Notes: generated by a model from the letters alone, not told the origin. 64,000 nt of DNA from an uncultured Myxococcales bacterium (GCA_964013405.1 CAXGWI010000007.1:1-64000), one strand, 5' to 3'. Shown: positions 29,884 through 40,123, numbered from the stretch's first letter. Made by a program: numbers and translations.

Positions 29884-31010
29884 GTGCCCTCTTCGCCCTT
29901 GTCCTGGCCGCCCAGCCCCAAGAATTGCTGAGGGCCGAGTTGGTACGGGTAGAAAAAGGCAGTGCGCTCGTGCTCACGTTCAAGAACCCAGTGGGTCGTC
30001 GCAGTCTCCCCGTGGTCCCCAATGGCCGACGCATCACCGTCAAACTACCGGTGCCGGCACCGGCCCATCTGACAGGGCAACGGGAGCCGATCGGGATGGT
30101 TCGCGGGCTGCGCTTGCGGGGCCGGCGGATCACATTGCAGTTGAACCGCGATGCGAAGGCCGTCGCGAATGAAGGGGTGGTTCTGGCCCGACGGCGCGTC
30201 TGGTACCTGCGCATGGTCGATCCGACCGCAAGCCGGGATCTGGCCGACGTGCTTCTCGGAACCACGCCGAAGCACTCGCGGGACGGGGATGATCACTATC
30301 AACCCATCGACCTCCCCCCCGTCAAAATCTCGGCGAAACAAGAGTCTGAGGAGACAACAGACGAGGAGGCTGAAGAGAAAACGGCAGCAGGCGCCTTAGC
30401 CGCAGTGGCCAGCGCAGCCGGGGGCAAGCCGGAGGCAGCGTCACCCAGTGGCGAAACAGGAACAGGCGAAGGAACGACACCTGGAGCCGATGGCACCGAC
30501 CCCCTGGCGCCGCCCCCCCCCAGCCCCCTGGGCCAATGGTTGCGAATTGGCGCGGGTGTCGCCCTCCTCCTCTTTGGTCTCATCGGCTTCTTCCTCTACC
30601 GGCGCCGACGGGACGAGCACGAAGAGGCTTTTGGCCTCAAAGTGGTGAGTCGTTCCCGTCTGGATACCAAGAATTCCGTCGCCGTCTTGGAAGTGGGCGG
30701 GGCCGTCCTGGTGGTTGGGCTCTCCGACGCAGGCCCCACCCTACTCACACGCCTCGATGAAGAAACCGGCCTGAGCCAGGACGACGAGTTAGCTAGGCTC
30801 CGGCGCCTGGTGGCCGATAATCCGGGCCAGCGTATCGAGAGTTGGCTCTCCCATGTTCGCCATGACGAGGCCCAGCCAGCTGGAGTTCAGCCTGAAGCCC
30901 GCCCACGGGCTGCCTCACCGATGGAGGCAGCACCGCCACGGACCCAACCCTTTACCGAGGTCGAAGACCTGCGGGCTCGGCTCGCTGAAATTCGGATGAA
31001 GGTCGGCTGA
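29880..31010 (+). CDS. fliO: FliO-family protein with long N-terminal periplasmic extension
   Basis: Between fliN and fliP; TM followed by LKVVSRSRLDTKNSVAVLEVGGAVLVVGLS...TLLTRL FliO motif. Confidence 0.8.
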   Translation: MSALFALVLAAQPQELLRAELVRVEKGSALVLTFKNPVGRRSLPVVPNGRRITVKLPVPAPAHLTGQREPIGMVRGLRLRGRRITLQLNRDAKAVANEGVVLARRRVWYLRMVDPTASRDLADVLLGTTPKHSRDGDDHYQPIDLPPVKISAKQESEETTDEEAEEKTAAGALAAVASAAGGKPEAASPSGETGTGEGTTPGADGTDPLAPPPPSPLGQWLRIGAGVALLLFGLIGFFLYRRRRDEHEEAFGLKVVSRSRLDTKNSVAVLEVGGAVLVVGLSDAGPTLLTRLDEETGLSQDDELARLRRLVADNPGQRIESWLSHVRHDEAQPAGVQPEARPRAASPMEAAPPRTQPFTEVEDLRARLAEIRMKVG

Positions 31011-31017
31011 CTCGGTC

Positions 31018-31776
31018 ATGATCAGGGCCCTTCTCGCTGCAATGGCCTTCTTGGTGCCCACCATCGCCTGGGCCCAAATCGACCCAAGCCCAGCCATTAC
31101 GATGCCCGAACTCAACGTGAAGTTGGGTGGCGGCGACGGTAACTTCGTCGACGCCCTCAAGGTCATGGGCGTGCTGACGGTCCTCTCCCTGGCCCCGGCG
31201 ATCATCATCTCCGTCACCAGCTTCACCCGAATCATTATCGTCTTCTCCTTCTTGCGGACCGCCCTGGGAACCCAGGGCTCTCCGCCAAACCAGGTTCTCG
31301 TCTCCCTCGCCCTTTTTCTCACCGCCGCGGTCATGACGCCCACAGCCACCCAGGTTTGGGAAAAAGGAGTCACACCTTACCAAGCCGGGCAAATCAACGA
31401 CAGCCAGCTCATGGACATAACGGTCCAAGAGATCCGCACCTTTCTCCTCGTACACACCCGACAAAAAGAGCTGGTCACGGTCTTTAGCATGGCCAACTAC
31501 GACCGCCCTACCTCCCGGGATGACGTGCCTATTCACCTCCTGATCCCGGCCTTCATGCTCTCCGAACTCAAGCTGGCCTTTCAGATTGGCTTTCTCGTCG
31601 CCCTCCCCTTCCTCATCGTCGACCTCGTCGTCGCAACACTCCTGATGAGCATGGGCATGATGATGCTGCCACCGGTGATGGTCTCCCTTCCTTTTAAGGT
31701 GCTGATCTTCCTCTTGGCCGACGGATGGAATCTCATCGTCGCAAACCTGGGCCGAAGCTTCGGGATGGACATCTGA
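31018..31776 (+). CDS. fliP: flagellar export pore protein FliP
   Basis: TSFTRIIIVFSFLR, PPNQVL, PAFMLSELK, MGMMMLPP, DGW. Confidence 0.98.
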   Translation: MIRALLAAMAFLVPTIAWAQIDPSPAITMPELNVKLGGGDGNFVDALKVMGVLTVLSLAPAIIISVTSFTRIIIVFSFLRTALGTQGSPPNQVLVSLALFLTAAVMTPTATQVWEKGVTPYQAGQINDSQLMDITVQEIRTFLLVHTRQKELVTVFSMANYDRPTSRDDVPIHLLIPAFMLSELKLAFQIGFLVALPFLIVDLVVATLLMSMGMMMLPPVMVSLPFKVLIFLLADGWNLIVANLGRSFGMDI

Positions 31777-32048
31777 TGTCGACGGATATGGTCATCAGTA
31801 TTTTGGCCAACTCGATCATCGCATCGATGGAGATCGCCGGACCCTTTCTCATTATCGGGCTTGTGGTCGGGCTTATCATGAGCCTCTTTCAGACCCTCAC
31901 GCAGCTTCAAGAGCCAAGCCTCGTCTTCGTGCCCAAGGTTGCGGCCGTGGTGGGCCTCGCCGCACTCATCGGCCCCTGGAGTTTGGATGTGATGGTGGGT
32001 TTTGTCACCGAAACCTTCAACTTGATCGGCCCGGTGGCCGGGCCATGA
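31776..32048 (+). CDS. fliQ: flagellar export protein FliQ
   Basis: GLVVGLIMSLFQTLTQLQEPSLVFVPK; ATG overlaps the fliP stop. Confidence 0.96.
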   Translation: MSTDMVISILANSIIASMEIAGPFLIIGLVVGLIMSLFQTLTQLQEPSLVFVPKVAAVVGLAALIGPWSLDVMVGFVTETFNLIGPVAGP

Positions 32049-32794
32049 ACTCCTTCTTTCTTCAGCCCGAATGGATCGTTGGATTCGGTGCAGTGTTGAG
32101 CCGTCTTGTCGGCCTCATCATGCTTCTGCCTACCTTGCCCCAAATGGGTGCTGGACTCCGGATGCGGGGCGCATTCGCTGTGTGGCTCGCTTGGATTATC
32201 CAAATGAGTTCTCCCGCAGCGGTCATGGGCACGGGCCCCGTCGAAATCGGCGTTGAACTCGTCGGCGGCTTTCTCATCGGCCTGGTCCTGGGCCTTGCCA
32301 TCCAACTCGCGGTGGCCGGCTTTCACTTCGGCGGGGAGGTGGCAGGCGTCAACATGGGCCTAGGCATGGCGGCCGTGGTGGATCCCTCCTCCGGATCTCG
32401 AGTCAACCCGCTCTCAAGACTGCTTCAGTGGGGTGCTATTCTCTTATTATTCGTCAGCAACGCCCATCTCGTGATCCTCGAACTCCTCGTCCGCAGCCTG
32501 GAGTGGCGCCCCCATTATGAACTCTGGCTTTGGGGACCCCGAGAGGCTGCGATCTCGCTCATCGGCAACGGGATTAAGCTGGCCCTACCTGTGGTCGGTT
32601 GTGTAACCTTGATCTACTTGATCTTCGGCGTCCTCGCTCGCGTCGCACCCCAGGTCCAAATCTTTCAAATTGCTTACGCCATCACGATGGTCGCTGGTTT
32701 TCTCGTCCTCGGTGCGGAAATGCAGGCCCTTCCCGATCTGACGAACGCCTTCATTCAGCAAACGCTCTCTCGCCTAACCCAACTCTTTCACTGA
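32045..32794 (+). CDS. fliR: flagellar export protein FliR
   Basis: Hydrophobic; GGEVAGVNMGLGMAAVVDP, RVAPQVQIF. Confidence 0.93.
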   Translation: MNSFFLQPEWIVGFGAVLSRLVGLIMLLPTLPQMGAGLRMRGAFAVWLAWIIQMSSPAAVMGTGPVEIGVELVGGFLIGLVLGLAIQLAVAGFHFGGEVAGVNMGLGMAAVVDPSSGSRVNPLSRLLQWGAILLLFVSNAHLVILELLVRSLEWRPHYELWLWGPREAAISLIGNGIKLALPVVGCVTLIYLIFGVLARVAPQVQIFQIAYAITMVAGFLVLGAEMQALPDLTNAFIQQTLSRLTQLFH

Positions 32795-32805
32795 GGGGGT
32801 AGAAG

Positions 32806-33873
32806 GTGGCTGAGGACGAAGAAAAGGACTCAAAAACAGAGCCGGCGACGCCGGATAAAATCAATAAGGCTCGAGAAAAAGGACAGGTTCCCTTTAGCCG
32901 AGAGATCGGCAGTGTGGTCATGATCTTTGGGGCAGCATTGGCGGCTCTGGCCCTCGGTGGCCCACTGGCGGAAGGCCTCATTCTCCTCGTCCACCGAAGC
33001 TACGAGCGTATCGCCCGCGCTCACGAACCGCTGACTGGCGTCGGTTCAGACCTGCTGTTTTTGGTGCTCATTCCGCTGGGCGCGGTGATGCTGATGAGCA
33101 GCGGCCTTGTATTGGCATCAGCCTTCGCTCAGGTGGGCAGTCTCGTCACCTTTGAGCCTCTAAAACCCGACATCAAGAAGCTCAATCCGATCTCCAAATT
33201 CAAGCAGATGTTCGGTGGAGTGAAGGCTTTTGCCGAATTCGCCAAAAGTATCGCCAAAGTCGCCGGTTTAGCTTTCGTCGGCTATCTGGTCATCGGTAGT
33301 TTCTGGCACGTCTTTCCGACCCTCGTCTTTATGACGCCCTCTCAAGGGCTCACCGAGCTCGCCGAAATGGGACTGGTCCTCGTCTTTGCCTTAGGGGCAC
33401 TGCTGGCCATCATCGGTGCCAGCGATCTTCTCTATCAGCGCTGGAGACATCTCGAAGATCTGAAGATGACGCCCAAAGAGGTCAAAGACGAGTTCAAAAA
33501 CCGCGAAGGCTCACCAGAGGTTCGTTCCAAACGACGGGAAAAAGCCATGTTGCTCGCCTCTCAGCGCTTGGGCGCCGCCGTGCCCTCCGCCGATGTGGTG
33601 GTGACCAATCCCACTCATTTCGCCGTGGCACTCCGGTACCAGCCCGACCGGGATGAAGCCCCCATTGTGGTGGCAAAAGGTGCGGACCTGCTCGCCAAAA
33701 GGATTCGGGAGCTGGCCCGCGAGCACGGTGTTTCGGTTGTCGAGAACCGATACCTGGCGCGGATCTTGTATGCCAAGGTGAAGGTCGGTGGCGAAGTTCC
33801 CCGTAGCCTTTGGCAGGCCGTGGCTGAGGTACTGACACGGATTCAACAGATTCGAGAGCGTATGAGTCAATGA
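32806..33873 (+). CDS. flhB: flagellar export switch protein FlhB
   Basis: KTEPATP, REKGQVPFSRE, NPTH autocleavage motif, APIVVAKG. Confidence 0.98.
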   Translation: MAEDEEKDSKTEPATPDKINKAREKGQVPFSREIGSVVMIFGAALAALALGGPLAEGLILLVHRSYERIARAHEPLTGVGSDLLFLVLIPLGAVMLMSSGLVLASAFAQVGSLVTFEPLKPDIKKLNPISKFKQMFGGVKAFAEFAKSIAKVAGLAFVGYLVIGSFWHVFPTLVFMTPSQGLTELAEMGLVLVFALGALLAIIGASDLLYQRWRHLEDLKMTPKEVKDEFKNREGSPEVRSKRREKAMLLASQRLGAAVPSADVVVTNPTHFAVALRYQPDRDEAPIVVAKGADLLAKRIRELAREHGVSVVENRYLARILYAKVKVGGEVPRSLWQAVAEVLTRIQQIRERMSQ

Positions 33874-35945
33874 ACGAGATCAGCAAACCTCCCGGGCGGG
33901 GGAATATAGCGACCGCCACGGGGCTGGTCCTTATCGTGTTGTTGATGATCCTCCCGGTGCCACCGGCGATGATGGACGCACTTCTTGCCCTGTCGATCAG
34001 TGTGGCGATGGTCATTCTCGTGGGCACCCTCTACATCGAGCGTCCTTCCGATTTCTCGGTCTTTCCGGCCCTTTTGCTGGGCACGACGCTCTTGCGGCTA
34101 TCCCTCAACGTGGGCACGACTCGCCTCATTCTCCTTCACGGCCATGAGGGCACGGAGGCTGCGGGCCGGGTCATCTCCACGTTCGGCACCTTCGTCGTCG
34201 GCGGCAACTACGTCGTCGGTGTCATCGTCTTTCTGATTCTGATCATCATCAACTTCATGGTCATCACCAAGGGCGCTGGCCGAATCGCTGAAGTGTCCGC
34301 TCGGTTTACCCTCGATGCGATGCCCGGCAAACAGATGGCGATCGACGCGGATCTCGGCGCCGGCATCATCGACGACCGAGAGGCCAAGAGGCGGCGGGAG
34401 GAGATTCGTCAGGAAGCCGATTTTTATGGCTCCATGGACGGTGCATCCAAGTTTGTTCGCGGAGATGCCATCGCCGGCCTGATGATCACGGCCATCAATA
34501 TTATCGCTGGGTTGATTATCGGCGTGGCCCAACGGGAAATGCCCCTGGCGGCAGCGGCTACAAACTACACCGTCCTCACCATTGGTGACGGCCTGGTCAG
34601 TCAGATGCCAGCCCTGTTGATCTCGGTGGCGGCCGGTATCGTGGTCGCCCGGGCCGGCTCCAAGGGACTTGTGAGCGAAGAGCTGACGAGCCAACTCTTT
34701 CAAAGCGGGCAGAAACTGCGGGTGGTCTCGGTCGTCGTCGCTGGCATGGCCTTGATCCCTGGCATGCCAACGATCCCCTTCCTTGTTCTCGGTGGCGGCT
34801 TCTTCTACCTCGCACAGCGGGCCTCGGGAAAAGAGGAAGAAGAGGCAAGCGCAGAGGCCCAAAGCCTGAAATCTAAAGAACTAGAAGGCCTCAGCGAGCG
34901 GGAGCGACTTGAGCGCATGCTCCCGGTGGACATGATCGCCCTTGAGGTGAGCTACCCACTGATTCCTTTGGTGGATGCCAGTCGGGATGGTGATTTGCTG
35001 GACCGGATCATGGCGGTGCGCAAGCAAGTCGCTTTACAGTTAGGACTGATCATTCCCCAGATCCATATTCGGGATAACGTGGAGCTCCCGGCCAATGAGT
35101 ACCGGATCCTTATCAAGGGGGTAGAGGTGGCAAAAGGTGAGAGCCTCTACGGCCAATTCCTCGCCATGGACCCTGGTCATGTCATCGAGACCATCGAGGG
35201 GATCCCCACCGTGGAACCGGCCTTCGGTCTCGACGCCCTTTGGATCGATGCCAGCAAACGGGACGAGGCCGAGCTCAGTGGCTACACCGTCGTGGACAGT
35301 TCCACGGTCATCGCCACCCACCTAACGGAGGTGATCTCCAATCATGTCAGCGAATTGTTGGGCAGCCAGGAGTTGGACGACATCCTCCGAGTCACGGCCA
35401 AGAGTGCACCCAAGCTTGTGGACGATCTGGTGCCGGCCAAACTCAGCAATGGCGAATTGCTCCGGATCCTACGCAACCTGGTTCGCGAGAAGGTAAGCAT
35501 CCGGGACATGAGGACCATCTTGGAGACCCTCGCCGACCGAATTTCCGAGACCCGCAACACCGATATCCTCACCGAATATATTCGCTATCGGCTCGGCCCG
35601 GCCATTTGCACGGAACTAGCCGATGAGGAGCGTACCATCCACGGCATCGTTCTCAGTGGCGGCGCCGCACAGGCGATCAGGGAGTCCTTAACGGCCATTG
35701 ATTCGGAGATTCACGTGGGGCTCCAACCGGAGACGGCACGTACCTTGCTGCAGACATTGCAGGACCAAATGGAGCGCTTCGCCTTGAGTGGACGGCAACC
35801 CCTTGTGATCGTACCGGCTGAAATTCGGCGCCCTCTGCGGGATTTCGTCGCCCGGCACCTGAGCAATCTGGTCGTCTTAAGTCATCGGGAAGTGCCCTCC
35901 CACTTTCGTTTAGAGGTGATCGGTGAAGTCCCGATCACAAACTGA
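33870..35945 (+). CDS. flhA: flagellar export gate protein FlhA
   Basis: RIAEVSARFTLDAMPGKQMAIDADL, FYGSMDGASKFVRGDA, IGDGLVSQ. Confidence 0.99.
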   Translation: MNEISKPPGRGNIATATGLVLIVLLMILPVPPAMMDALLALSISVAMVILVGTLYIERPSDFSVFPALLLGTTLLRLSLNVGTTRLILLHGHEGTEAAGRVISTFGTFVVGGNYVVGVIVFLILIIINFMVITKGAGRIAEVSARFTLDAMPGKQMAIDADLGAGIIDDREAKRRREEIRQEADFYGSMDGASKFVRGDAIAGLMITAINIIAGLIIGVAQREMPLAAAATNYTVLTIGDGLVSQMPALLISVAAGIVVARAGSKGLVSEELTSQLFQSGQKLRVVSVVVAGMALIPGMPTIPFLVLGGGFFYLAQRASGKEEEEASAEAQSLKSKELEGLSERERLERMLPVDMIALEVSYPLIPLVDASRDGDLLDRIMAVRKQVALQLGLIIPQIHIRDNVELPANEYRILIKGVEVAKGESLYGQFLAMDPGHVIETIEGIPTVEPAFGLDALWIDASKRDEAELSGYTVVDSSTVIATHLTEVISNHVSELLGSQELDDILRVTAKSAPKLVDDLVPAKLSNGELLRILRNLVREKVSIRDMRTILETLADRISETRNTDILTEYIRYRLGPAICTELADEERTIHGIVLSGGAAQAIRESLTAIDSEIHVGLQPETARTLLQTLQDQMERFALSGRQPLVIVPAEIRRPLRDFVARHLSNLVVLSHREVPSHFRLEVIGEVPITN

Positions 35946-35958
35946 GAGATCACCCTAA

Positions 35959-37230
35959 GTGCAGATTCGTACCTTCGCAGGAAGTAGCATCAAGGAAGCC
36001 CTCCGACAGGTCCGAGAGCAGCTCGGCACCGAGGCGGTGATTCTTGAGACTCGTCAATGCGATGACGGCCGCCATGAAAAATTCGAGGTTCGAGCGGGAG
36101 TTAACGAGTCTGACCGCGGTGAGGATGTCACACCGCTCTTTCCAAAAGCAGATCAGCGTTTTGGCGCAGCCGCGTACCAGCAGGCCGAGAAAACCGAGCC
36201 TGTCGCCCCCCCCAAAGCCTCTAAAGGGAAGCAAAGGAAGACGCCTGAGCAAGCGGAGTCGGTGACCGAAGAGCTCAAAGCGCTACGCCGAGAAGTCAAA
36301 CGAATGACCCTCTCGCCCCAGCCGGCCTTCGAGGATCAGACCAACGGCCAACTCACAGAACTCGGACGCCACCTGGACCAAGGCTTAAGCGAAACGACCG
36401 ATCTCTTGAGGGCCGTTCTTGCGGAGGTTCGCTGCCAAGGCGGCATGGGCTTCTCTCCAGCCCAAGCACGACTGTACTCGCTGCTCACCTACAATGGCGT
36501 CGAGGATGTCCTGGCTGAAGACATGGTTCGGAGCCTTGAGGGTTTCGAAGCCGACGACCACCAAGGTCTGCGGCGCGCCCTCGCTAGAGACTTATTGCAG
36601 CGCATTCAGTTGGCGCCACCGCTCTCCCGCCGACCAGGGAAACGGGTCGTCGCTTTCCTGGGTCCGACGGGGGTTGGTAAGACGACAACCATCGCCAAGA
36701 TCGCCGCGGACGCGACCATTCGATTTGGTCGGAAAGTTGGCTTGATCACGCTGGATACCTACCGGATTGCCGCTGTCGAACAACTCGCCGCCTACAGCGA
36801 AATTATGGGGCTTGAGTTAAAGGTTGCCCGCAGCGTCGAGGAGTTACGTAAAGCGATTGCAGCCCTCGCAAGCTGTGACCTCATCCTCATCGATAGTGCC
36901 GGCAGGAACCCAAAGGATGAACGGGCGCTTACGGAGTTGGGCGACCTCCTCGACGGACATCGGGCTACGGACCGAGTCCTCTGCCTTGCGGCGGGCACAA
37001 ACCCAAGGACGCTGGCTGAAATCACCCGGGCCTTTTCGCCCCTGAACTATCGTGAGCTCGTGATTACAAAGATGGATGAATGCGTTGGGCATGGCAGTAT
37101 ACTGAATGCGCACCTTCGAACGGATCGTCCCTTGACGTACTTTACAACTGGTCAACGCGTCCCCGAGGATATCGAACCGGCAACGGCGGAGCGACTCGTT
37201 CGACTGATTCTGGAGCAATGGAACCCCTAA
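35959..37230 (+). CDS. flhF: flagellar SRP-family GTPase FlhF
   Basis: GPTGVGKTTT, DTYRIAAVEQL, DSAGR, TKMDE, GQRVPEDI. Confidence 0.97.
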   Translation: MQIRTFAGSSIKEALRQVREQLGTEAVILETRQCDDGRHEKFEVRAGVNESDRGEDVTPLFPKADQRFGAAAYQQAEKTEPVAPPKASKGKQRKTPEQAESVTEELKALRREVKRMTLSPQPAFEDQTNGQLTELGRHLDQGLSETTDLLRAVLAEVRCQGGMGFSPAQARLYSLLTYNGVEDVLAEDMVRSLEGFEADDHQGLRRALARDLLQRIQLAPPLSRRPGKRVVAFLGPTGVGKTTTIAKIAADATIRFGRKVGLITLDTYRIAAVEQLAAYSEIMGLELKVARSVEELRKAIAALASCDLILIDSAGRNPKDERALTELGDLLDGHRATDRVLCLAAGTNPRTLAEITRAFSPLNYRELVITKMDECVGHGSILNAHLRTDRPLTYFTTGQRVPEDIEPATAERLVRLILEQWNP

Positions 37231-38117
37231 TGTCAGCTTCGGATCAGGCAAAAACACTGCGTGACCTTCAGCAACTCGCCAGCAACCGGCGGGAAGAGAA
37301 ACGTGCGGCGAACAAGCCGCCACGGGTCATTGCGGTCACCAGCGGCAAAGGCGGGGTCGGTAAATCAAACGTAGTGGCGAACCTCGCCGTCGAAATGAGC
37401 CGGCGAGGCCGACGGGTGCTGGTTCTCGATGCGGATCTCGGCTTAGCCAATGTGGACATTCTCCTCGGCCTGGCGCCCGTGGGCCATCTCGGCGATGTGG
37501 TGAGCGGCAATCGGGATATCGACGATATCATTCTCCATGGGCCGCAAGACGTGGACGTGCTGCCGGCGGCCTCAGGCATGAGCGAAATTACAACGCTGAG
37601 CGAGGCCCAAAAAGGCCGGCTTCTGGTCGCCCTCGATCGCCTGAAGTCTCGCTATGACACTCTGCTCGTCGACACAGGGGCTGGCATCAGCTCCAACGTC
37701 ATCTTCTTTGCCGGTGGCGCCCACGAGGTGGTGGTGGTGGTCAACCCGGAGCCTACCGCCTTGGCCGATGCCTATGCGGTCATCAAGGTGTTGCGTCAGC
37801 GGAAGGATATCCAGCGCTTCCAACTGCTGGTCAACTCCGTGCGTCAATCCAGTGCTGCTCAGGTGGTTCACGAGCGCTTGGAGCGGGTCGCTGGTCGATT
37901 CCTCGACGTGGACATCCAACTCTTAGGCCATGTCTATTACGACCAAGCCGTTCAAAAGGCGGTGATGGGCCAGGAGCCTGTCGTCCTACGTTTCCCCTCG
38001 GCTCCAGCCTCCCGCTGCCTAGCCCAGTTGGCCCAGCGCCTCGACATGATGGAGGCCCCCGACGAGCAAGAAGGTCGTTTCTGGGAGCAACTGGCCGAGG
38101 ATGGGGTGAGCCCATGA
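37230..38117 (+). CDS. flhG: MinD-like ATPase FlhG/FleN
   Basis: DQA N-terminal motif, SGKGGVGKS, DADLGLAN, DTGAG, PEPTALADAYA. Start moved to 37230 (alternative 37218). Confidence 0.96.
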   Translation: MSASDQAKTLRDLQQLASNRREEKRAANKPPRVIAVTSGKGGVGKSNVVANLAVEMSRRGRRVLVLDADLGLANVDILLGLAPVGHLGDVVSGNRDIDDIILHGPQDVDVLPAASGMSEITTLSEAQKGRLLVALDRLKSRYDTLLVDTGAGISSNVIFFAGGAHEVVVVVNPEPTALADAYAVIKVLRQRKDIQRFQLLVNSVRQSSAAQVVHERLERVAGRFLDVDIQLLGHVYYDQAVQKAVMGQEPVVLRFPSAPASRCLAQLAQRLDMMEAPDEQEGRFWEQLAEDGVSP

Positions 38118-38854
38118 CTGGAGCCTATCCCTTTGCCCAAACCGACAATGATCGGGCCCGGCGGATCGAACAGTTCATGCCGCTGGTTCGGCGGGTCGCT
38201 CGGCGAATCGTCCGTCGACTCCCGGCGGTTGTCGACCTTGCGGACCTTGAGCAGGTCGGGGTGATTGGCCTCATCGACGCAATCGACCGTTACGATGCCA
38301 GTCGTTCAGAGCGCTTTGATGCCTATGCCGAATACCGAATCAAGGGGGCGATCCTCGATGACCTGCGCAAGAAGGATCATCTCAGCCGTCGTCACCGGGG
38401 CCGCATCAACAGCCTGCGTCAGGCCCAAGATCAGTTGAAGGCCGAGCTCGGCCGCGAGGCTGACGCCGCCGAGTTAGCCAAGGCGCTCTCCATCAGTCCG
38501 GCGGAGGTGGAAGATCTACGGGCCGAAGCCAACAGCAGTTGGCTGGTCTACGACGAGACCGGTGGTGATGACGAGCGCTCCCGTAGCGGCGGCGCCATTC
38601 TCGCTTCTCTCAACACAACATCCGATATCCACGAAGAAGTGGCCTCTCGGCAGGCCCAAGGCATGCTCGCCGAATCCATTGGCCACTTACCCGAGCGACT
38701 CCAATTGCTCCTCGCGCTCTATTATCAGGAAGATCTGACCTACCGCGAGATCGCAGAAGTCCTCGGCGTCACCGTGGGGCGGGTCTCCCAACTCCACAGC
38801 GAAGCCACCCGCAAACTCCGCGGCATGCTTGAGCGGCGTATGGGGGTGGCGTGA
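38114..38854 (+). CDS. fliA: flagellar sigma factor sigma28
   Basis: DLEQVGVIGLIDA, YAEYRIKGAILDDLR, LYYQEDLTYREIAEVLGVTVGRVSQLH. Confidence 0.96.
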   Translation: MTGAYPFAQTDNDRARRIEQFMPLVRRVARRIVRRLPAVVDLADLEQVGVIGLIDAIDRYDASRSERFDAYAEYRIKGAILDDLRKKDHLSRRHRGRINSLRQAQDQLKAELGREADAAELAKALSISPAEVEDLRAEANSSWLVYDETGGDDERSRSGGAILASLNTTSDIHEEVASRQAQGMLAESIGHLPERLQLLLALYYQEDLTYREIAEVLGVTVGRVSQLHSEATRKLRGMLERRMGVA

Positions 38855-39261
38855 AGCGCTTTCGCTTCCGACTCGACGCACTCCTCAGATTAAAACAACG
38901 CAAACGCCAAGAAGCGGAACAGCTTTTCGCGTCCTGCCAGCGGGACCTCATCGCGGGCATTGACGCCCTCGGGCGCCTTGATGAACGACTAGGCCAAGGT
39001 TTCACCACCCACGATCCCCAGCTCATTCGAACGGAGGAAGCCTTCCTTGGCCGCCTTCGCGTCGAGCGACGGGCCCAGGCTGAGCGGGTGGCCGAACTCC
39101 AAAAGCGGCTACAGAAGGCCAGTGAGGCGATGCTGCAGGCCAAACGAGAGGAAGAGTCCGTCCTCAGCCTGCGAGACAAAGCAAAGGCTGCTTGGCGAAA
39201 AGATGCCTTGAAGGAAGTTCAGAGCCAACTGGACGATCTAGGCTACCGCTCAGGCCTCTAA
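38851..39261 (+). CDS. fliJ: FliJ-family flagellar export protein
   Basis: MKRFRFRLDALLRLK N-terminus, coiled coil, EVQSQLDD end. Confidence 0.78.
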   Translation: MKRFRFRLDALLRLKQRKRQEAEQLFASCQRDLIAGIDALGRLDERLGQGFTTHDPQLIRTEEAFLGRLRVERRAQAERVAELQKRLQKASEAMLQAKREEESVLSLRDKAKAAWRKDALKEVQSQLDDLGYRSGL

Positions 39262-39285
39262 ACTTTTTTCCCAGCCTGCCGAGCG
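39259..39285 (+). promoter_or_regulatory. putative sigma28 promoter upstream of flgF
   Basis: TAAA-N15-GCCGAGCG (consensus TAAA-N15-GCCGATAA). Confidence 0.5.
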
Positions 39286-39291
39286 CCTCCC

Positions 39292-39306
39292 TGGCACGTG
39301 GCTTGC
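39292..39306 (+). promoter_or_regulatory. sigma54 -24/-12 promoter of the flgF operon
   Basis: TGGCACGTGGCTTGC matches TGGCACG-N4-TTGC, 32 nt upstream of the flgF ATG. Confidence 0.85.
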
Positions 39307-39338
39307 CTTTCCAAAGGTGAAAGGAAGGAGCAGAGCTT

Positions 39339-40097
39339 ATGGCCAACGGAATTTGGACCTCAATGTCTGGTGCCCTCGCTCGGGAAGAGCGTCTCCACCA
39401 TGTGGCCAACGACCTGGCAAACCTCGCCTCCGTTGGCTACCGGCGTCACGCAGTCTCCTTCAAAGAGCATTTGCCCGGGGAGCAGCACGATATCGTCGAG
39501 CAGGCCCCTTTGGACATGAGTTTACGGGTCGTGAACCGAGACACGTCGATGGTGAAAGTCGACGAGTCGCGAATCCGAGAGGAACAAGGGGCCCTCAGTG
39601 AAACCGGCAACCAACTGGACCTCGCCCTGCGGGGTAACAAAGCCTATTTCGTTGTCGAAGGGGCCGACGGCCAGGAACTCATCACCCGGGATGGTCGCTT
39701 TCGCCAGCGGGCCGATGGCCAACTCACCACCATCGATGGACTTTTGGTCCTAGGATCTGGCGGCCCCTTGACGGTACCGCCAGACACCGCGCGCATTTCG
39801 GTGACCGCTGCCGGTGAAGTGCGGGCTGCGGACGCCCTCATCGGCAACCTCCGACTGGCCTACGCTCCCCCCGAATCCCTGAGACATGTGGGCGGTAACC
39901 GCTTCGAAGCCGATGATCTCCAAGTCGCAGAGGACGTAGAGGTCGCCCAAGGATACCTAGAAGAGTCTACCGTCAATGCAGTGGCGGCGATGGTGGACCT
40001 CATCGCTCTGCATCGGAGCTTCCAGGCCCAACTCAAGGGCATCGAACAATACAAACAAATGGATACGGCGGCCATTGGCTTGCTGCGCCGATTCTAA
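39339..40097 (+). CDS. flgF: flagellar basal-body rod protein FlgF
   Basis: VANDLAN...GYR, TGNQLDLALRG, TRDGRF, QGYLEESTVN; upstream of flgG. Confidence 0.9.
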   Translation: MANGIWTSMSGALAREERLHHVANDLANLASVGYRRHAVSFKEHLPGEQHDIVEQAPLDMSLRVVNRDTSMVKVDESRIREEQGALSETGNQLDLALRGNKAYFVVEGADGQELITRDGRFRQRADGQLTTIDGLLVLGSGGPLTVPPDTARISVTAAGEVRAADALIGNLRLAYAPPESLRHVGGNRFEADDLQVAEDVEVAQGYLEESTVNAVAAMVDLIALHRSFQAQLKGIEQYKQMDTAAIGLLRRF

Positions 40098-40123
40098 CAC
40101 CACGAGCTAAGGAGAGCTTCATT

